DNA of 52,198 bases, counting the filler, from Squatina squatina (Eukaryota): NCBI GenBank assembly GCA_031763465.1. It is 3 parts of 3 records of this genome, joined end to end, with 100 filler letters (N's around TTAATTAATTAA, not from the genome) between each part and the next. Parts side by side here need not be neighbours in the genome. Positions count along the whole stretch, not along the records: positions 32,200 to 52,198 come from JARFOE010000100.1; 2 more parts are not named here. One strand, given 5' to 3'. The notes under the pieces were generated by a model. That model ran no database searches, was not told the DNA's origin, and was given only the letters and a program-made list of their open reading frames with translations. Positions 49,284 through 52,198 of the stretch are shown one piece after another. The stretch's first letter is position 1, and each line of letters begins with the position of its first letter. The position numbers and the translations under genes are program-made.

Positions 49284-52198
49284 GTAAAAAACACATCATA
49301 ACTTTATTTTAAAAATGTTTCTTAGCAGAGCATGGGAAATGCATGCTATTCATATATATATTAACTTTGTTGGATATATATTTGTAATGATCAGATTTTT
49401 TTTTTAAACTTTAATGCAAGCAGAAATGGCACTACATCACCAAGATTAATTTGTGACCATTTTAGTTGTGGTTTAAAAAAAAAATCAGCTGAATTTTAAG
49501 TATTTGTATTTCTGTAGTGAATTGTTATTACTTATTTGCTGATAGTCACAGCTATCCACATGAATCACTTGACACTAAAAACTGACTTGAATTTTTTATA
49601 ACTAATTTNNNNNNNNNNNNNNNNNNNNNNNNNNNNNNNNNNNNNNNNNNNNNNNNNNNNNNNNNNNNNNNNNNNNNNNNNNNNNNNNNNNNNNNNNNNN
49701 NNNNNNNNGCTTGCCTTGCTGTCAAGCCTTGGATGACTACTGGCCACTTGGTGAGGTACCGGAGGGTAACTTTTGCCTGTGGAACTTTACTCCAGCAAGC
49801 CTTTTGGAATGACTGGTGGAAAATAGGTGAGAGGAAAAAGTTGTTTTTACACTTCTTTGAAACTTCAATTCTTTTACCTGTTTTTAAGTCGTCTTTATTT
49901 TTTATAGTCTTTCACCTCGGTGGAAATGAACTTCAGCCAGGAGAGCAAGTGGGTGGAACTGCATACTCCTTCACAACTTCAGTGTGCCAGTCTTCTGTAA
50001 ATGGCCAAAAAGGAGGTGTGTGTATACACAGACCAATTCCCAATGTTTGTTTTTGCCTTCATGGGATATCTTGGCAGAGACCACCTGAGAACTGACGCAG
50101 CTCATTTTGGCATGGCTTAAAATTAAAGGTGCAGGATCAGTAGCTAGCAAGTCACTGGTCTGCAGCAAAAACATTAGTCTGTCAACAGGAATTTGAAACT
50201 TGCTTCCCATTTACACACCAGTGTGTGACTGAAGTAATTTTTGAAAACCCTGTGCAAACTGATTCCTGCATGTGAATGCCAGTGAGCATGAGTTGTTTAA
50301 ACAGGAATTTACAATCATATTTTTGATTTCCAGTGGGCGGGACTGTTTTATGAAAATGAAACATTCCAGGCTTCTACAAAAGCCAACATTTCTCAATGAC
50401 AAGCCATGAAATGTCCTTGATTTATGCAATAACACATTTAACAGATTTAACAGCCATTTGCCACNNNNNNNNNNTTAAACTCCAATGCCACAACTGAAGT
50501 GATCTGGAATTTCCACTTGTCAGTTTACTCGGGAGTATGGCTGGATTCCACTTTCACTGTCTACTGCTCCAGTCACACTGCAAACCTTGAGTCAGTGTGA
50601 ACCCATCTTTTGCACCATAGTGATGCAAGGCACAGAGTATAACTCTGATGATCTGTCTTCAATGTGTGGTTTGGCATTGCTTAAGATCATCTGGAAAAGG
50701 CTGTCCTCCACCACAGTACAACTATCCTGAGCTCTTTTCAGTTGCTATAAATGGTCACTGGGCATTTGAGGCTAATGCACAGTATTCTGTGCATATATGA
50801 ATATATATATACAGAATGCTGCCTTTCTCCAAGCCAACACTATAGTTATAGCTTCCAGCTCACCCTGATAATTGAATTGGTGCTGTGTGACAGGAGCCTG
50901 AAGTGTTCATTGGAATGTACAGCTGTCCATTGGACCTGCTGCATTGTCATGGGTCCATTACCAAACTTTGAGCCTGACTTGGGGATGATGCAGCAGAGCC
51001 TCAAACTTGTTACTGTAGAAGTACAGCATTAGTTTTCCAATGTTGCCAGCAAGATGTGGTGCAATTTTTATTTTGCATTAATATTTGGACTCTTTGAAAA
51101 GGAAAACCACATTTTTAGTTAGTTTGTTTTCATAAAAAGCAGGTGATCTGCACTGCAAACAAGATTATTTCAGTTATAGCAGAATCTTTTTATAATGTCA
51201 CTAATTTGTATTTTGAATTCAAAAATCTACAATAAACCATAATACTTAAAAACAAGCATCCTATCTATAGAGGCACCATTTTTTGCTCAACTTAATAATG
51301 TAAATTTTCCTCTTGTGCTTGGAGGTAAATAATTGTATAGAGGAAAATTGACAAAAGTATCACATGCCCATAATGAAATGTGTATGATATTCCTGTCTAT
51401 TTAAATTAATGGACAGCAAATTGGGCAAGCTCCAGAACTGGCCTGCAATCTTCACTGCCTAATTTTGCACTCTGCTTTGCTCAGGTAGTTATGTACGTCA
51501 TAGCACAAAATAATAAAATTTACCCCATTGGCGTTCAAGTTTCTGGATTGTCAGTGTCTCTTAAATGTTCACTTAATTGATTTATATACCTACTAATTTG
51601 TGTACATCCCTTAAAGACACCAGAACATACCATATGGTATGCTTACATATATTGCTTCCCGTTAAAGTTGACATCTTCACAGAACACCATTTACATGAGC
51701 AAGCTATAAATAGACAGAACCAGGACTTTAAAAACTGCAAAATTTGCACATCAGTAATAATCGTACAGTACACATAGCACGTCAGACTGTTAATGCAAGT
51801 ATGATGGCAGTCAAGTAACCATAAAATCTCACCAAGGAATTGATACGGAATGGTTAAGTTTCTTTGTTCCTGGTAATTCGTCCTGTTCCAATGTATAAAA
51901 AGTCTGTTTGTCACCTTTGTGTCATTGAGGACTTTGATTGCTGATTATATAAATTGTATTGCAGGAATCTAATTGAATATAAAACTCATTGATAGGAGTG
52001 TACATCTTCAGTACAAACTGGCATTCTGAGCTGCCTTTGTATGTAATCCAGTTGATTTTAAATCTGCATATTTGCTCAATGCATTTTTTAATATGACGGT
52101 TGCTATATTACTGGGTAAATGTGTGCTCTTACAATGTCATATAAAAATGACATTTGTTTCTGTATCTGCCCGGAAGCACACAGCTGATTCACAAATCT

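Overview
Eukaryotic, intron-rich vertebrate DNA, most likely from a cartilaginous fish (inferred from Deu-domain SINEs, CR1/L2/RTE LINEs and Harbinger relics). The assembly is a heavily gapped draft. The window is three unrelated scaffolds joined by artificial N44-TTAATTAATTAA-N44 linkers at 15878-15977 and 32100-32199. Scaffold 1 (1-15877) carries MARK3 and EIF5, both on the minus strand in the human order, with a CpG-island promoter between them. Scaffold 2 (15978-32099) carries KIF3A on the minus strand and, upstream of it, fragments of an unannotated minus-strand gene that may be a MAP17/PDZK1IP1-SMIM24-like small membrane protein. Scaffold 3 (32200-52198) carries NAB1 followed by GLS on the plus strand. 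Many exons are lost in placeholder gaps. The most notable observations are the candidate MAP17-like gene, an eIF5 lacking the conserved DDIDIDAI tail, a NAB1 coding exon that appears interrupted, a complete TIR/TSD-bounded Harbinger-type MITE, and SINE-LINE pairs with shared tails. Gene calls rest on my translation of exons and recalled vertebrate orthologue sequences; no searches were run. Repeat boundaries are approximate. I found no convincing wholly novel biological system.
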